DNA of 64,000 bases from assembly GCA_012295275.1 (NCBI GenBank), contig CM022678.1, positions 4,960,001 through 5,024,000 of the forward strand, given 5' to 3'. The DNA comes from Chrysomallon squamiferum (lineage: Eukaryota; Animalia; Mollusca). This document shows, in pieces, positions 38,409-53,901 of this stretch; positions within the stretch are counted from its first letter, which is position 1; each line of letters opens with the position of its first letter. The position numbers and the translations under genes are program-made. A model generated the notes under the pieces. That model saw only the letters and a list, made by a program, of their open reading frames with translations, was not told the DNA's origin and searched no databases.

Positions 38409-39285
38409 AACACACACACAAACACACAAACACACACACACACACATAAATATAGATACACAGACTCCTCTATCTAGTACCCCATAAATAGGAGTGTGTT
38501 TGTATAGCTTTGCAATAATAAAGGTAGAATGAAAAAAATGATTCTGTATTCACAAAGTTGCGACAGATTTTTGTTTAATTATCATTTTAATTTTATAATT
38601 TTATTTGTGAGTGATTCTGGTCACGTTTGAACGTAAATTAAACATTCCGAATTACGTGGAAGGGAGAACACATGATTAAATATTGATTTGATAACAAATA
38701 TCAAATAGAACAGAAAACTTGCTTTTCATACATCGAACTGCAGGTCAGCAGAACAATTAAATGAAATAAAAAGAAATGAAATAATACAAAACTAAACCAA
38801 ATAAATAAAATGAAAGAATGAATGAATGAATAGATGAATAAATAAATAAACAAAATAAATAAATAAATAAATAAATAACGTTCCATATTTTCCGTCATAT
38901 ATATCTGTTTTCTTATTCAGTGTAAAAGAAAAATGCACGAGACTGAAGACAAACTGAAAATTTGATATTGTCGCTATAGTCTGTATAAAAAACATCTTAA
39001 AAAAATAATAATAATAAAATAAGAATATATATATATATACACACACACACATACACAAACACACACCAAATAGCTATCGATGCACCTACTTGTGTCTGTC
39101 TATGTGAGTGCATGTATGTATAGCTATGTAAGTATGTATGTATGTGTGTGTCTATGTGTGTATTATAGTCCATAAGCCAGGCAGAAATTGGGTATCAAAT
39201 TGGGAAACACATCCAGTGAGATGGACGTTTCATATTCATTGGTCTTACTCTTCCGGGCGTTATAATATTCGACCATGCAGTGTGT

Positions 39286-39326
<41 letters not shown>

Positions 39327-40511
39327 GGTTTGATTATTTATATATTTATTTATTAAAGGTTTTAATAAAATGAAGAAAATTAACAAGTAAGAACATAATC
39401 ATTTGTCTGTCTTTATGAAATCGTTCACACATTTTCCATTACTGTAAACTAAAGACCAATTTCAAATGATATAGAATGAACAAAGTTTGATGACCTGGAT
39501 AATGGAATATTGATTATTTCTAAATCAAAGCGATGGGCGTATGCTAATCGCGACAGATTTTTATTTAATTAGCCGTTTAAGTTAAAATTTTATTCGTGAG
39601 TGATTCTGTTCACGTTTGAATGTAAGTTGAACATTTGTTAGACATAGATTGGAGAACTCCTGATTAAATATTGAGGAATATGTTTCATCGTTATTACTCT
39701 AATTATGTTTTTCCACGTATTTCTTTGAAGATAAAAAAAAAAAAATTATTATTATTGTAATGATAGGAATAATAACGATAATATTAAAAATAATAAATAA
39801 TAATAATAATCATAATAATAATAATAATAAATAAATCAATAAATAAATGAATACATAAATAACTAAAATAAAATTAAAATAAATAAGAATAGAAAAACAG
39901 AAAAACAAACAAGAAGAAAATTTAAATAATGTCTGCCTGTAAGATTTACATACTGAACATCATCATCATTATTATTATAATTTTTAAATTATCCTGAGTT
40001 AAAACGATCAATATACTTGTCACCCCGAGTTCACAAATGTTTAGAATGAAGACGTCAGTGCTATGAAAATCGTTTTCTTGTTTTCATGTTCACTTTTGTC
40101 AGTTTTCATTAAATATAAGTTATGTTCTTCCAATAATCAGTTTGATTAACTAGTAGAGAATACAAAATTAAGAACAATTACAAAGTAGAAACTAAGCAGT
40201 AATTTGCTAAATGAAAGGCGAAGAAAGGGTATTTATCGTGTTTATGTTGAGTGTTGTTGTTGTTGTTTTTTCCTCTTTTTTTTCGTTTTTTATTAATCGA
40301 TTTGATTAACTAATCAAATAAAATAAATTAGCAAAATATCAACTAAGATGTCTGCTAAATTGGTGAACCCATGGATTCCAGAGATTTAGCACCAATTCTC
40401 AGAAAAGCAAACGATTCATAGTTTCCACATTTGTAATAATAACTGAAAAACTTTCCCAGCCTTCAATAATATAATTGATTTTAGTTTTTCATTTTCATTG
40501 TATCTCTTTTT

Positions 40512-43500
40512 CGGAAATCCAGATGAAGGTAACGGAAAACCAGATGAAGGTAACGGCAATCCAGATGAAGGTAACGGAAAACCAGATGAAGGTAACGGCA
40601 ATCCAGATGAAGGTAACGGAAAACCAGATGAAGGTAACGGCAAACCAGATGAAGGTAACGGAAATCCAGATGAAGGTAACGGAAAACCAGATGAAGGTAA
40701 CGGAAAACCAGATGAAGGTAAAGGCAATCCAGATGAAGGTAAAGGCAATCCAGATGAAGGTAACGGAAAACCAGATGAAGGTAACGGAAAACCAGATGAA
40801 GGTAACGGAAAACCAGATGAAGGTAACGGAAAACCAGATGAAGGTAACAGAAAACCAGATGAAGGTAACGGAAAACCAGATGAAGGTAACGGAAAACCAG
40901 ATGAAGGTAACGGAAAACAGATGAAGGTAACGGAAAACCAGATGAAGGTAACGGAAAACCAGATGAAGGTAACGGAAAACCAGATGAAGGTAACAGAAAA
41001 ACCAGATGAAAGGTAACGGAAAACCAGATGAAGGTAACGGAAAACCAGATGAAGGTAACAGGAAAACGGAAGACCAGAAGGTAACGGAAAACCAGATGAA
41101 GGTAACGGAAATCCAGATGAAGGTAACGGAAAACCAGATGAAGGTAACGGAAAACCAGATGAAGGTAACGGAAAACCAGATGAAGGTAACGGAAAACCAG
41201 ATGAAGGTAACGGAAAACCAGATGAAGGTAACGGAAAACCAGATGAAGGTAACGGAAAACCAGATGAAGGTAAACGGAAACCAGATGAAGGTAACGGAAA
41301 TCCAGATGAAGGTAACGGAAAACCAGATGAAGGTAACGGAAAACCAGATGAAGGTAACGGAAAACCAGATGAAGGTAACGGAAAACCAGATGAAGGTAAC
41401 GGAAAACCAGATGAAGGTAACAGCAATCCAGATGAAGGTAACGGAAAACCAGATGAAGGTAACGGAAAACCAGATGAAGGTAACAGCAATCCAGATGAAG
41501 GTAACGGAAAACCAGATGAAGGTATCGGAAAACCAGATGAAGGTAACGGAAAACCAGATGAAGGTATCGGAAAACCAGATGAAGGTAACGGAAAACCAGA
41601 TGAAGGTAACGGAAAACCAGATGAAGGTAACGGAAAACCAGATGAAGGTAACGGAAAACCAGATGAAGGTAACGGAAAACCAGATGAAGGTAACGGAAAA
41701 CCAGATGAAGGTAACGGAAAACCAGATGAAGGTAACGGAAAACCAGATGAAGGTAACGGAAAACCAGATGAAGGTAACGGAAAACCAGATGAAGGTAACG
41801 GAAAACCAGATGAAGGTAACGGAAAACCAGATGAAGGTAATGGAAAACCAGATGAAGGTAACGGCAATCCAGATGAAGGTAAAGGCAATCCAGATGAAGG
41901 TAAAGACAAATCAGATGAAGGTAACGGAAAACCAGATGAAGGTAACGGAAAACCAGATGAAGGTAACGGAAAACCAGATGAAGGTAACGGAAAACCAGAT
42001 GAAGGTAACGGAAAACCAGATGAAGGTAACGGAAAACCAGATGAAGGTAACGGAAAACCAGATGAAGGTACACGGAAAACCAGATGAAGGTAACGGAAAA
42101 CCAGATGAAGGTAACGGAAAACCAGATGAAAGGTAACGGAAAACCAGATGAAGGTAACGGAAAACCAGATGAAGGTAATGGAAAACCAGATGAAAGGTAA
42201 CGGAAAACCAGATGAAGGTAACGGAAAACCAGATGAAGGTAACGGAAAACCAGATGAAGGTAACGGAAAACCAGATGAAGGTAACGGAAAACCAGATGAA
42301 GGTAACGGAAAACCAGATGAAGGTAACGGAAAACCAGATGAAGGTAACGGAAAACCAGATGAAGGTAACGGAAAACCAGATGAAGGTAACGGAAAACCAG
42401 ATGAAGGTAACGGAAAACCAGATGAAGGTAACGGAAAACCAGATGAAGGTAACGGAAAACCAGATGAAGGTAACGGAAAACCAGATGAAGGTAAACAGGA
42501 AAACCAGATGAAGGTAACGGAAAACCAGATGAAGGTAACGGAAAACCAGATGAAGGTAACGGAAAACCAGATGAAGGTAAACGGAAAACCAGATGAAGGT
42601 AAAAAAAACCAGATGAAGGTAACGGAAAACCAGATGAAGGTAACGGAAAACCAGATGAAGGTAACAGGAAAACCAGATGAAGGTAACGGAAAACCAGATG
42701 AAGGAAACGGAAAACCAGATGAAAGGTGAAAAAGAGAAAAACCAGATGAAGGTAAAACGAAAAAAACCAGATGAAGGTAACGGAAAACCAGATGAAGGTA
42801 ACGGAAAACCAGATGAAAAAGGTAACAGGAAAACCAGATGAAGGTAACGGAAAACCAGATGAAGGTAACGGAAAACCAGATGAAGGTAACGGAAAACCAG
42901 ATGAAGGTAACAGCAATACAGATGAAGGTAACGGAAAACCAGATGAAGGTAACGGAAAACCAGATGAAGGTAACGGAAAACCAGATGAAGGTAACGGAAA
43001 ACCAGATGAAGGTAACGGAAAACCAGATGAAGGTAACGGAAAACCAGATGAAGGTAACGGAAAACCAGATGAAGGTAACGGAAAACCAGATGAAGGTAAC
43101 GGAAAACCAGATGAAAGTAAAAAACCAGATGAAGGTAACGGAAAACCAGATGAAGGTAACGGAAAACCAGATGAAGGTAACGGAAAACCAGATGAAGGTA
43201 ACGGAAAACCAGATGAAGGTAACGGAAAACCAGATGAAGGTAACGGAAAACCAGATGAAGGTAACGGAAAACCAGATGAAGGTAACGGAAAACCAGATGA
43301 AGGTAACGGAAAACCAGATGAAGGTAACGGAAAACCAGATGAAGGTAACGGAAAACCAGATGAAGGTAACGGAAAACAGATGATGAAGGTAAAACCAGAT
43401 GAAGGTAACGGAAAACCAGATGAAGGTAACGGAAAACCAGATGAAGGTAACGGAAAACCAGATGAAGGATAACGGAAAACCAGATGAAGGTAACGGAAAC

Positions 43501-46500
43501 CAGATGAAGGTAACGGAAAACCAGATGAAGGTAACGGAAAACCAGATGAAGGTAACGGAAAACCAGATGAAGGTAACGGCAAACCAGATGAAGGTAAAGG
43601 CAATCCAGATGAAGGTAAAGGCAAATCAGATAAAGGTAACGGAAATCCAGATGAAGGTAACGGAAAACCAGATGAAGGTAACGGAAAACCAGATGAAGGT
43701 AACGGAAAACCAGATGAAGGTAACGGAAAACCAGATGAAGGTAACGGAAAACCAGATGAAGGTAACGGAAAACCAGATGAAGGTAACGGAAAACCAGATG
43801 AAGGTAAAGGCAAACCAGATGAAGGTAACGGAAAACCAGATGAAGGTAACGGAAAACCAGATGATGAGGTAACGGAAAACCAGATGAAAGGTAAAAACCA
43901 GATGAAGGTAACGGAAAAACCAGATGAAGGTAACGGAAAACCAGATGAAGGTAACGGAAAAGATAGAAAGGTAAAAAAACCAGATGAAGGTAACGGAAAA
44001 CCAGATGAAGGTAACGGAAAACCAGATGAAGGTAACGGAAAACCAGATGAAGGTAACGGAAAACCAGATGAAGGTAACGGAAAACCAGATGAAGGTAACG
44101 GAAAACCAGATGAAGGTAACGGAAAACCAGATGAAGATAACAGAAAACCAGATGAAGGTAACGGAAAACCAGATGAAGGTAACGGAAAACCAGATGAAGG
44201 TAATGGAAAACCAGATGAAGGTAACGGAAAACCAGATGAAGGTAACGGAAAACAGAAACCAGATGAAGATAAAGGGAAAACCAGATGAAGGTAACGGAAA
44301 CCAGATGAAGGTAACGGAAAACCAGATGAAGGTAACGGAAAACCAGATGAAGGAAACGGAAAACCAGATGAAGGTAACGGAAAACCAGATGAAGGTAACG
44401 GAAAACCAGATGAAGGTAACGGAAAACCAGATGAAGTAAAAAAGAAACCAGATGAAGGTAAAGGAAAAAAAGATGAAGGTGGAAGGAAAACCAGATGAAG
44501 GTAAAATGAAACGGAAAACCAGATGAAGGTAACGGAAAACCAGATGAAGGTAACGGAAAACCAGATGAAGGTAACGGAAAACCAGATGAAGGTAACGGAA
44601 AACCAGATGAAGGTAACGGAAAACCAGATGAAAAGACGGAAAACCAGATGAAGGTAACGGAAAACCAGATGAAGGTAACGAAAAAAACAGATGAAGGTAA
44701 AAACAGACGGAAAAACCAGATGAAAGGTAACGGAAAATCAGATGAAGGAAACGGAAAACCAGATGAAAGGTAACGGAAAACCAGATGAAGGTAACGGAAA
44801 ATCAGATGAAGGTAACGGAAAACCAGATGAGGTAAAACGGAAAACCAGATGAAAGGTAACGGAAAACCAGATGAAAGGTAACGGAAGGAAACCAGATGAA
44901 GGTAAAAACCAGATGAAGGTAACGGAAAACCAGATGAAGGTGAAACGGATGAAACCAGATGAAGGTAACGGAAAACCAGATGAAGGTAACGGAAAAAACC
45001 AGATGAAAGGTAACAAAAACCAGATGAAAACGGAAAACCAGATGAAGGTAACGGAAAACCAGATGAAGGTAACGGAAAACCAGATGAAGGTAACGGAAAA
45101 ACCAGATGAAGGTATAAAAAAAACCAGATGAAAAAAAAAACAGATGAAAACCAGATGAAAGTAACGGAAAACCAGATGAAGGTAACGGAAAATCAGATGA
45201 AGGTAACGGAAAAAACCAGATGAAGGTAACGGAAAACCAGATGAAGGTAACGGAAAACCAGATGAAGGTAACGGAAAACAGATGAAAAATGAAAAAGAAA
45301 TCAGAAAGGTAAAATGGAAAAACCAGATGAAGGTAACAAAAACCAGATGAAGGTAAAAAAAAACCAGATGAAGGTAAAAAAACCAGATGAAGGTAACGGA
45401 AAACCAGATGAAAGGTAACCAGATGAAGGAAAACCAGATGAAGGTAACAAAAAAACCAGATGAAGGTAACGGAAAATCAGATGAAGGTAAAAAAAAATCA
45501 GATGAAGGTAACGGAAAACCAGATGAAGGTAAAAAACCAGATGAAGGTAACGGAAAACCAGATGAAAAAGGAAACGGAAAACCAGATGAAAAGGTAACGG
45601 AAAACCAGATGAAGGTAAAGGAAAATCAGATGAAGGTAAAACAAACCAGATGAAAGGTAACGGAAAACCAGATGAAAAGGTAACGGAAAACCAGATGAAA
45701 GGTAACGGAAAACCAGATGAAGGTAACGGAAAAAAGATGAAGGTAACGGAAACCAGATGAAGGTAAAACCAATGAAGATGAAGGTAACAGGAAAACCAGA
45801 TGAAGGTAAAAAAACCAGATGAAAAGGTAACGGAAAACCAGATGAAGGTAGGTAAAAAAACCAGATGAAGGTAACGGAAAACCAGATGAAGGTAACGGAA
45901 AACCAGATGAAGGTAACGGAAAACCAGATGAAGGTAACGGAAAACCAGATGAAAGGTAACGGAAAACCAGATGAAGAAAAACGGAAAACCAGATGAAAGG
46001 TAAAACAGAAAAAGTAAGATGAAAGTAAACGGAAAACCAGATGAAGGTAACGGAAAACCAGATGAAGGTAAAAAAACCAGATGAAGGTAAAAAAAAACCA
46101 GATGAAGGTAACAAAGGAAAACCAGATGAAGGTAACGGAAAACCAGATGAAGGTAACGGAAAACCAGATGAAGGTAACGGAAAACCAGATGAAGGGAAAA
46201 CAGGAAAACCAGATGAAAAAACAACAAACCAGATGAAGGTAACGGAAAACCAGATGAAGGTAACGGAAAACCAGATGAAGGTAACAGGAAAACCAGATGA
46301 AAGGTAAAAAATCAGATGAAAAGGTAACGGAAACCAGATGAAGGTAACGGAAAACCAGATGAAAGGTACGGAAAACCAGATGAAGGTAACGGAAAACCAG
46401 ATGAAAACGGAAAAAAGATGAAGGAAGATGAAAAAAACCAGATGAAGGTAACGGAAAATCAGATGAAGGTAACGGAAAACCAGATGAAAGGTAAAAAAAA

Positions 46501-49500
46501 CAGATGAAAAAAAAAACCAGATGAAAACGGAAAAAGATGAAACGGAAAAACAGATGAAAAACGGAAAACCAGATGAAAAGTAAAGGAAAACCAGATGAAA
46601 AGTAACGGAAAACCAGATGAAGGTAACGGAAAACCAGATGAAGGTAACGGAAAACCAGATGAAGGTAACGGAAAACCAGATGAAGGTAAAACGGAAAACC
46701 AGATGAAAATAAAGGAAAACCAGATGAAGGTAACGGAAAACCAGATGAAAAGGTAACGGAAAACCAGATGAAAGGTAACGGAAAACCAGATGAAGGTAAC
46801 GGAAAACCAGATGAAGGTAACGGAAAACCAGATGAAGGTAAAAAACCAGAAAAACAAACAGAAAACCAGAAAAGGTAACGGAAAACCAGATGAAGGTAAC
46901 GGAAAAACCAGATGAAGGTAACGGAAAACCAGATGAAGAAGGTAAAAACCAGATGAAGGTAAAAAAAAAACCAGATGAAGGTAACGGAAAAAACCAGATG
47001 AAGGTAACGGAAAACCAGATAAAAAATGAAGGAAACGGAAGACAGATGAAGGTAACAAAACCAGATGAAGGTAACGGAAAACCAGATAAAAAAGGTAAAC
47101 GGAAAACCAGATGAAGGTAACGGAAACAGATGAAGGTAACGGAAAACCAGATGAAGGTAAACGGAAAACCAGATGAAGGTAACGGAAAACCAGATGAAGG
47201 TAACGGAAAACCAGATGAAGGTAACGGAAAACCAGATGAAGGTAACGGAAAACCAGATGAAGAAAAGGTAACGGAAAACCAGATGAAGGTAACAAAAACC
47301 AGATGAAAGGTAAAACCAGATGAAAAACGGAAAACCAGATGAAGGTAACGAAAAACCAGATGAAAGGTGAAAACCAGATGAAGGTAACGGAAAAACCAGA
47401 TGAAGGTAACGGAAAACCAGATGAAGGTAACGGAAAACCAGATGAAGGTAACGGAAAACCAGATGAAGGTAACGGAAAATCAGATGAAGGTAACGGAAGG
47501 AAAATGAAGATAAAAGGAAAACAGATGAAAACGGAAAACCAGATGAAGGTAACGGAAAACCAGATGAAGGTAACGGAAAACCAGATGAAGGTAACGGAAA
47601 ACCAGAAAAAGGTAACGGAAAACCAGATGAAAGGTAACGGAAAACCAGATGAAGGTAACGGAAAACCAGATGAAGGTAAAATGGAAAACCAGATGAAGAA
47701 AAAATCAGATGAAAAAAATAAAAAAAACCAGATGAAGGTAACAAGGAAAACCAGATGAAGGTAACGAAAAACCAGATGAAAATGGTAACGGAAAACCAGA
47801 TGAAAGGTAACAGAAAAAATGAAGATGAAAAAACCAGATGAAGGTAACGGAAAAACCAGATGAAGGTAACGGAAAAACCAGATGAAAGAAGGTAACGGAA
47901 AACCAGATGAAAGGTAACGGAAAACCAGATGAAAGGTAACGGAAAAAGATCAGAAGGTAACGAAAAACCAGATGAAGGTAACGGAAAACCAGATGAAGGT
48001 AAAAAAAATCAGATGAAAAGGTAACGGAAAATCAGATGAAAAAAAATGGAAAAACCAGATGAAGGTAACAACAAAACCAGATGAAAAGAAAAACAAAAAA
48101 TGAAGATGGAAAAGGTAACGGAAAGAAAAATCAGATGAAGGTAACGGAAAACCAGATGAAGGTAAAAGTAAAAAACCAGATGAAGGTAAAAAAACCAGAA
48201 AAAAGAAAAAAACGGAAAACCAGATGAAAGGTAAAAAAAAACCAGATGAAGGTAACGGAAAACAGATGAAGGTAACGGAAAATCAGATGAAGGTAACGGA
48301 AAACCAGATGAAGGTAACAGAAAACCAGATGAAGGTAACGAAAAAACAGATGAAGGTAAAAAAATCAGATGAAAAGGTAACGGAAAACAGATGAAAAGGA
48401 AGAAAAAAAGAAGAAAGTAATAAAAATAAAAACCAGATGAAGGTAACGGAAAACCAGATGAAGGTATGGAAAACCAGATGAAAGGTAACGGAAACCAGAT
48501 GAAGGTAACGGAAAACCAGATGAAAGGTAACAGGAAAACCAGATGAAGGTAAGAAAACAGAAAAAGGTAACAGATGAAAAGGTAAAAGAAAAACCAGATG
48601 AAAAGGTAACGGAAAAAAACCAGATGAAGGTAACGGAAAACCAGATGAAGGTAACGGAAAAAACCAGATGAAGGTAACGGAAAACCAGATGAAAAAAAAA
48701 AGAAAACCAGATCAAAAGGTAACGGAAAACCAGATGAAGGTAACGGAAAACCAGATGAAGGTAACGGAAAACCAGATGAAGGTAACGGAAAACCAGATGA
48801 AAGGTAAAGAAAACCAGATGAAACGGAAAATCAGATGAAGGTAACGGAAAACCAGATGAAGGTAAAAAAAAACCAGATGAAGGTAACGGAAACCAGATGA
48901 AGGTAACGGAAAAAACCAGATGAAGGTAACGAAAAAAACCAGATGAAGGTAACGGAAAACCAGATGAAGGTAACGGAAAACCAGATGAAGGTAACAGGAA
49001 AACCAGATGAAGGTAACGGAAAATCAGATGAAGGTAACGGAAAACCAGATGAAAGGTAAAAAAAATCAGAAGGTAAAAAAAACCAGATGAAAGGTAACAG
49101 GAAAACCAGATGAAAAGGTAAACGGAAAAACCAGATGAAAGGTAACGGAAAACCAGATGAAGAAAACGGAAATCAGATGAAAGTAACAAAAACCAAATGA
49201 AAAAAGGAAAACAGATGAAGATGAAAGGAAAATCAGATGAAGGTAAAGGAAAACCAGATGAAAGGTAACGGAAAACCAGATGAAAGGTAACGGAAAAACC
49301 AGATGAAAGGTAACGGAAAAAACCAGATGAAGGTAACGGAAAACCAGATGAAGGTAACGAAAAACCAGATGAAGGTAACGGAAAACCAGATGAAGGTATA
49401 AAAAAAACCAGATGAAGGTAACGGAAAACAGATGATGAAGATAAAAAAGGAAAACCAGATAAAGGAAGGTAAAAGAAAAACCAGATGAAGGTAAAAAAAA

Positions 49501-52500
49501 ACCAGATGAAGGTAACGGAAAACCAGATGAAAAGGTAACGGAAAACCAGATGAAGGTAACGGAAAACCAGATGAAGGTAACGGAAAACCAGATGAAGGTA
49601 AACGGAAAACCAGATGAAAGTAAAAAAAACCAGATGAAATGAAATAACGGAAAAACCAGATGAAGGTAACAAACAGAAAACCAGATGAAGAATAAAAGAA
49701 AACCAGATGAAGGTAACAGGAAAATAAGATAAAAAACCAGATGAAGGTAACGGAAAACCAGATGAAGGTAACAGGAAAACCAGATGAAAAGGAAACAGAT
49801 GAAAGGTAACGGAAACCAGATGAAGGTAACGGAAAACCAGATGAAGGTAACGGAAAAAAAAACCAGATGAAAGGTAACGGAAAACCAGATGAAGGTAACG
49901 GAAAACCAGATGAAGGTAACGGAAAACCAGATGAAGGTAACGGAAAACCAGATGAAGGTAACGGAAAAAGAGATAAAAATAAAGGAAAACAGATGAACCA
50001 GATGAAACGGAAAACCAGATGAAGATAAAGGGAAAACCAGATGAAGGTAACGGAAAACCAGATGAAGGTAACGGAAAACCAGATGAAATGGTAACGGAAA
50101 ACCAGATGAAAGGTAACGGAAAAACCAGATGAAGGTAACAGGAAAACCAGATGAAGGTAACAAAAAACCAGATGAAGGTAACGGAAAACCAGATGAAGGT
50201 AACGGAAAACCAGATGAAGGTAACGGAAAATCAGAGAAAATAAAACGGAAAACCAGATGAAGGTAACGGAAAAACCAGATGAAGGTAACGAAAAACCAGA
50301 TGAAGGTAACGGAAAACCAGATGAAGGTAACGGAAAACCAGATGAAGGTAACGGAAAACCAGATGAAGGTAAAAAAGAAAACCAGATGAAGAAAAACAGA
50401 ATCCAGATGAAGGTAACGGAAAACCAGATGAAGGTAACGGAAAACCAGATGAAAAAGGTAACGGAAAACCAGATGAAGGTAACGGAAAACCAGATGAAGG
50501 TAACGGAAAACCAGATGAAGGTAACGGAAAACCAGATGAAGGTAACGGAAAACCAGATGAAGGTAACGGAAAACCAGATGAAGGTAACGGAAAACCAGAT
50601 GAAGGTAACGGAAAACCAGATGAAGGTAACGGAAAACCAGATGAAGGTAAAACCAGATGAAAGGTAACGGAAAAACCAGATGAAGGTAACGGAAAACCAG
50701 ATGAAGGTAACGAAACAGAAAACCAGATGAAGGTAACGGAAAACCAGATGAAGGTAACGGAAAACCAGATGAAGGAAACGGAAAACCAGATGAAGGTAAC
50801 GGAAAACCAGATGAAGGTAACGGAAAACCAGATGAAGGTAACGGAAAACCAGATGAAGGTAACGGAAAACCAGATGAAGGTAACGGAAAACCAGATGAAG
50901 GTAACGGAAAACCAGATGAAGGTAACGAAAACCAGATGAAGGTAACGGAAAACCAGATGAAGGTAACGGAAAACCAGATGAAGGTAACGGAAAACCAGAT
51001 GAAGGTAAAGGCAAACCAGATGAAGGTAACGGAAAACCAGATGAAGGTAAGAAAAAACAGATCAGATGAAGGTAACGGAAAATCAGATGAAGGTAACGGA
51101 AAACCAGATGAAGGTAACGGAAAACCAGATGAAGGTAACGGAAGAAAGACCAGATAATGAAAAAAGATGAAAAACGGAAGATGAAAGGAAAGGAAAACCA
51201 GATGAAGGTAACGGAAAACCAGATGAAGGTAAAGGAAAACCAGATGAAGGTAACGGAAAACCAGATGAAGGTAACGGAAAACCAGATGAAGGTAACGGAA
51301 AACCAGATGAAGGTAAAAGAAATCCAGATGAAGGTAACGGAAAACCAGATGAAGGTAACGGAAAACCAGATGAAGGTAACGGAAAACCAGATGAAGGTAA
51401 CGGAAAACCAGATGAAGGTAACGGAAAACCAGATGAAGGTAACGGAAATCCAGATGAAGGTAACGGAAAACCAGATGAAGGTAACGGAAAACCAGATGAA
51501 GGTAACAGCAATCCAGATGAAGGTAACGGAAAACCAGATGAAGGTAAAGGAAAACCAGATGAAGGTAAAACCAGATGAAGGTAACGGAAAACCAGATGAA
51601 GGTAACAGCAAACCAGATGAAGGTAACGGAAAACCAGATGAAGGTAACGGAAAACCAGATGAAGGTAACGGAAAACCAGATGAAGGTAACGGAAAACCAG
51701 ATGAAGGTAACGGAAAACCAGATGAAGGTAACGGAAAACCAGATGAAGGTAAAAGCAAACCAGATGAAGGTAACGGAAAACCAGATGAAGGTAACGGAAA
51801 ACCAGATGAAGGTAACGGAAAACCAGATGAAGGTAAAAACAAACCAGATGAAAAAACGGAAAGACCAGAAGGTAACGGAAAACCAGATGAAGGTAACGGA
51901 AAACCAGATGAAGGTAACGGAAAACCAGATGAAGGTAACGGAAAACCAGATGAAGGTAACGGAAAACCAGATGAAGGTAACGGAAAACCAGAGATAAAGT
52001 AAAAAACCAGATGAAGGTAACGGAAAACCAGATGAAGGTAACGGAAAACCAGATGAAGGTAGGTAAAAATCAGATGATGAACGGAAAACGGAAAACCAGA
52101 TGAAGGTAACGAAAACCAAACCAGATGAAGGTAACGGAAAACCAGATGAAGGTAACGGAAAACCAGATGAAGGTAACGGAAAACCAGATGAAGGTAACGG
52201 AAACCAGATGAAGGTAACGGAAAACCAGATGAAAGGTAACGGAAAACCAGATGAAGGTAAAAACGGAAAACCAGATGAAGGTAACGGAAAACCAGATGAA
52301 GGTAAAAAAACCAGATGAAGGTAACGGCAAACCAGATGAAGGTAACGGCAAACCAGATGAAGGTAACGGAAAACCAGATGAAGGTAACGGAAAACCAGAT
52401 GAAGGTAACGGCAAACCAGATGAAGGTAACGGAAAACCAGATGAAGGTAACGGAAAACCAGATGAAGGTAACGGAAAACCAGATGAAGGTAACGGAAAAC

Positions 52501-53375
52501 CAGATGAAGGTAACGGAAAACCAGATGAAGGTAACGGAAAACCAGATGAAGGTAACGGAAAACCAGATGAAGGTAACGGAAAACCAGATGAAGGTAACGG
52601 AAAACCAGATGAAGGTAACGGAAAACCAGATGAAGGTAACGGAAAACCAGATGAAGGTAACGGAAAACCAGATGAAGGTAACGGAAAACCAGATGAAGGA
52701 AACGGAAAACCAGATGAAGGTAACGGAAAACCAGATGAAGGTAACGGCAAACCAGATGAAGGTAACGGAAAACCAGATGAAGGTAACGGCAAACCAGATG
52801 AAGGTAACGGCAAACCAGATGAAGGTAACGGCAAACCAGATGAAGGTAACGGCAAACCAGATGAAGGTAACGGCAAACCAGATGAAGGTAACGGCAAACC
52901 AGATGAAGGTAACGGCAAACCAGATGAAGGTAACGGCAAACCAGATGAAGGTAACGGCAAACCAGATGAAGGTAACGGCAAACCAGATGAAGGTAACGGC
53001 AAACCAGATGAAGGTAACGGCAAACCAGATGAAGGTAACGGAAATCCAGATGAAGGTAACGGAAAACCAGATGAAGGTAACAGAAAACCAGATGAAGGTA
53101 ACGGAAAACCAGATGAAGGTAACGGAAAACCAGATGAAGGTAACGGCAAACCAGATGAAGGTAACGGCAAACCAGATGAAGGTAACGGCAAACCAGATGA
53201 AGGTAACGGAAAACCAGATGAAGGTAACGGAAAACCAGATGAAGGTAACGGCAAACCAGATGAAGGTAAAGGCAAACCAGATGAAGGTAACGGCAAACCA
53301 GATGAAGGTAACGGCAAACCAGATGAAGGTAAAGGCAAACCAGATGAAGGTAACGGAAAACCAGGTGAAGGAAAC
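40512..53375 (+). repeat. Giant 21-bp array (~12.9 kb, ~600 units of GGAAAACCAGATGAAGGTAAC = GKPDEGN), copy F
   Basis: Direct inspection; clean at both ends and full of A-run indels in the centre. Confidence 0.97.
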
Positions 53376-53666
53376 GGCGGACAAGGTGGAGGACAAGGCG
53401 GATCAGATGATTGTGCGACACAGGAGTGGACGGTCTTTAAGACTAGTAACCTGGAGTTCGGTCCTTCTGGAGAGGTTTCTGCCGAGTTACTTCAGAGTGT
53501 CAGTACTGAAGAAGTGGGATCACAGGAATTGAAAATAAAGAAAGATGCCTTCTGGAAATACATGATCGTCACTACACAAGGTGATGTCTCTCAGAGAGGT
53601 ATAGGAGTAAACAGAAACGTCGGTCACTATTCTGTTAAGTATGCCACCAAATGGTTTGTCAATTAT

Positions 53667-53669
<3 letters not shown>
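52315..53669 (+). CDS. Copy F: in-frame end of the array plus the family C-terminal half-domain (5' part of the gene absent)
   Basis: ORF 52251-53669: (GKPDEGN)n GGQGGGQGGSDDCATQEWTVFKTSNLEFGPSGEVSAELLQSV...KWFVNY*; AATAAA at 53762. Confidence 0.65.
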
Positions 53670-53707
<38 letters not shown>

Positions 53708-53815
53708 CACACACAGACACACACACACATATATATAGATAGATTGATAGATACGTACAGCAATAAAGTAAACAAAAGATTTTGTTCTTCTTCTTCTTTA
53801 TTATTATTATTAAAA

Positions 53816-53901
<86 letters not shown>

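Noticed and set aside
44400-50300. Apparent hypervariable or diversified region in the array centre
   Set aside because: Changes are mostly A-run length changes and dropped bases that peak mid-array, typical of long-read consensus error; not usable as biology without accurate reads.
40512-53375. Possible CRISPR array or telomeric repeat
   Set aside because: Units are head-to-tail with no unique spacers and no cas genes; the context is eukaryotic and the unit is the family's coding heptad.
40416-53421. Very long minus-strand ORFs (up to 1451 aa; PLPSSGF, RYLHLVF and VTFIWFS repeats)
   Set aside because: These are antisense frames of the 21-mer, which lacks stops on that strand; they wander between frames at indels and have no unique domain or splice context.
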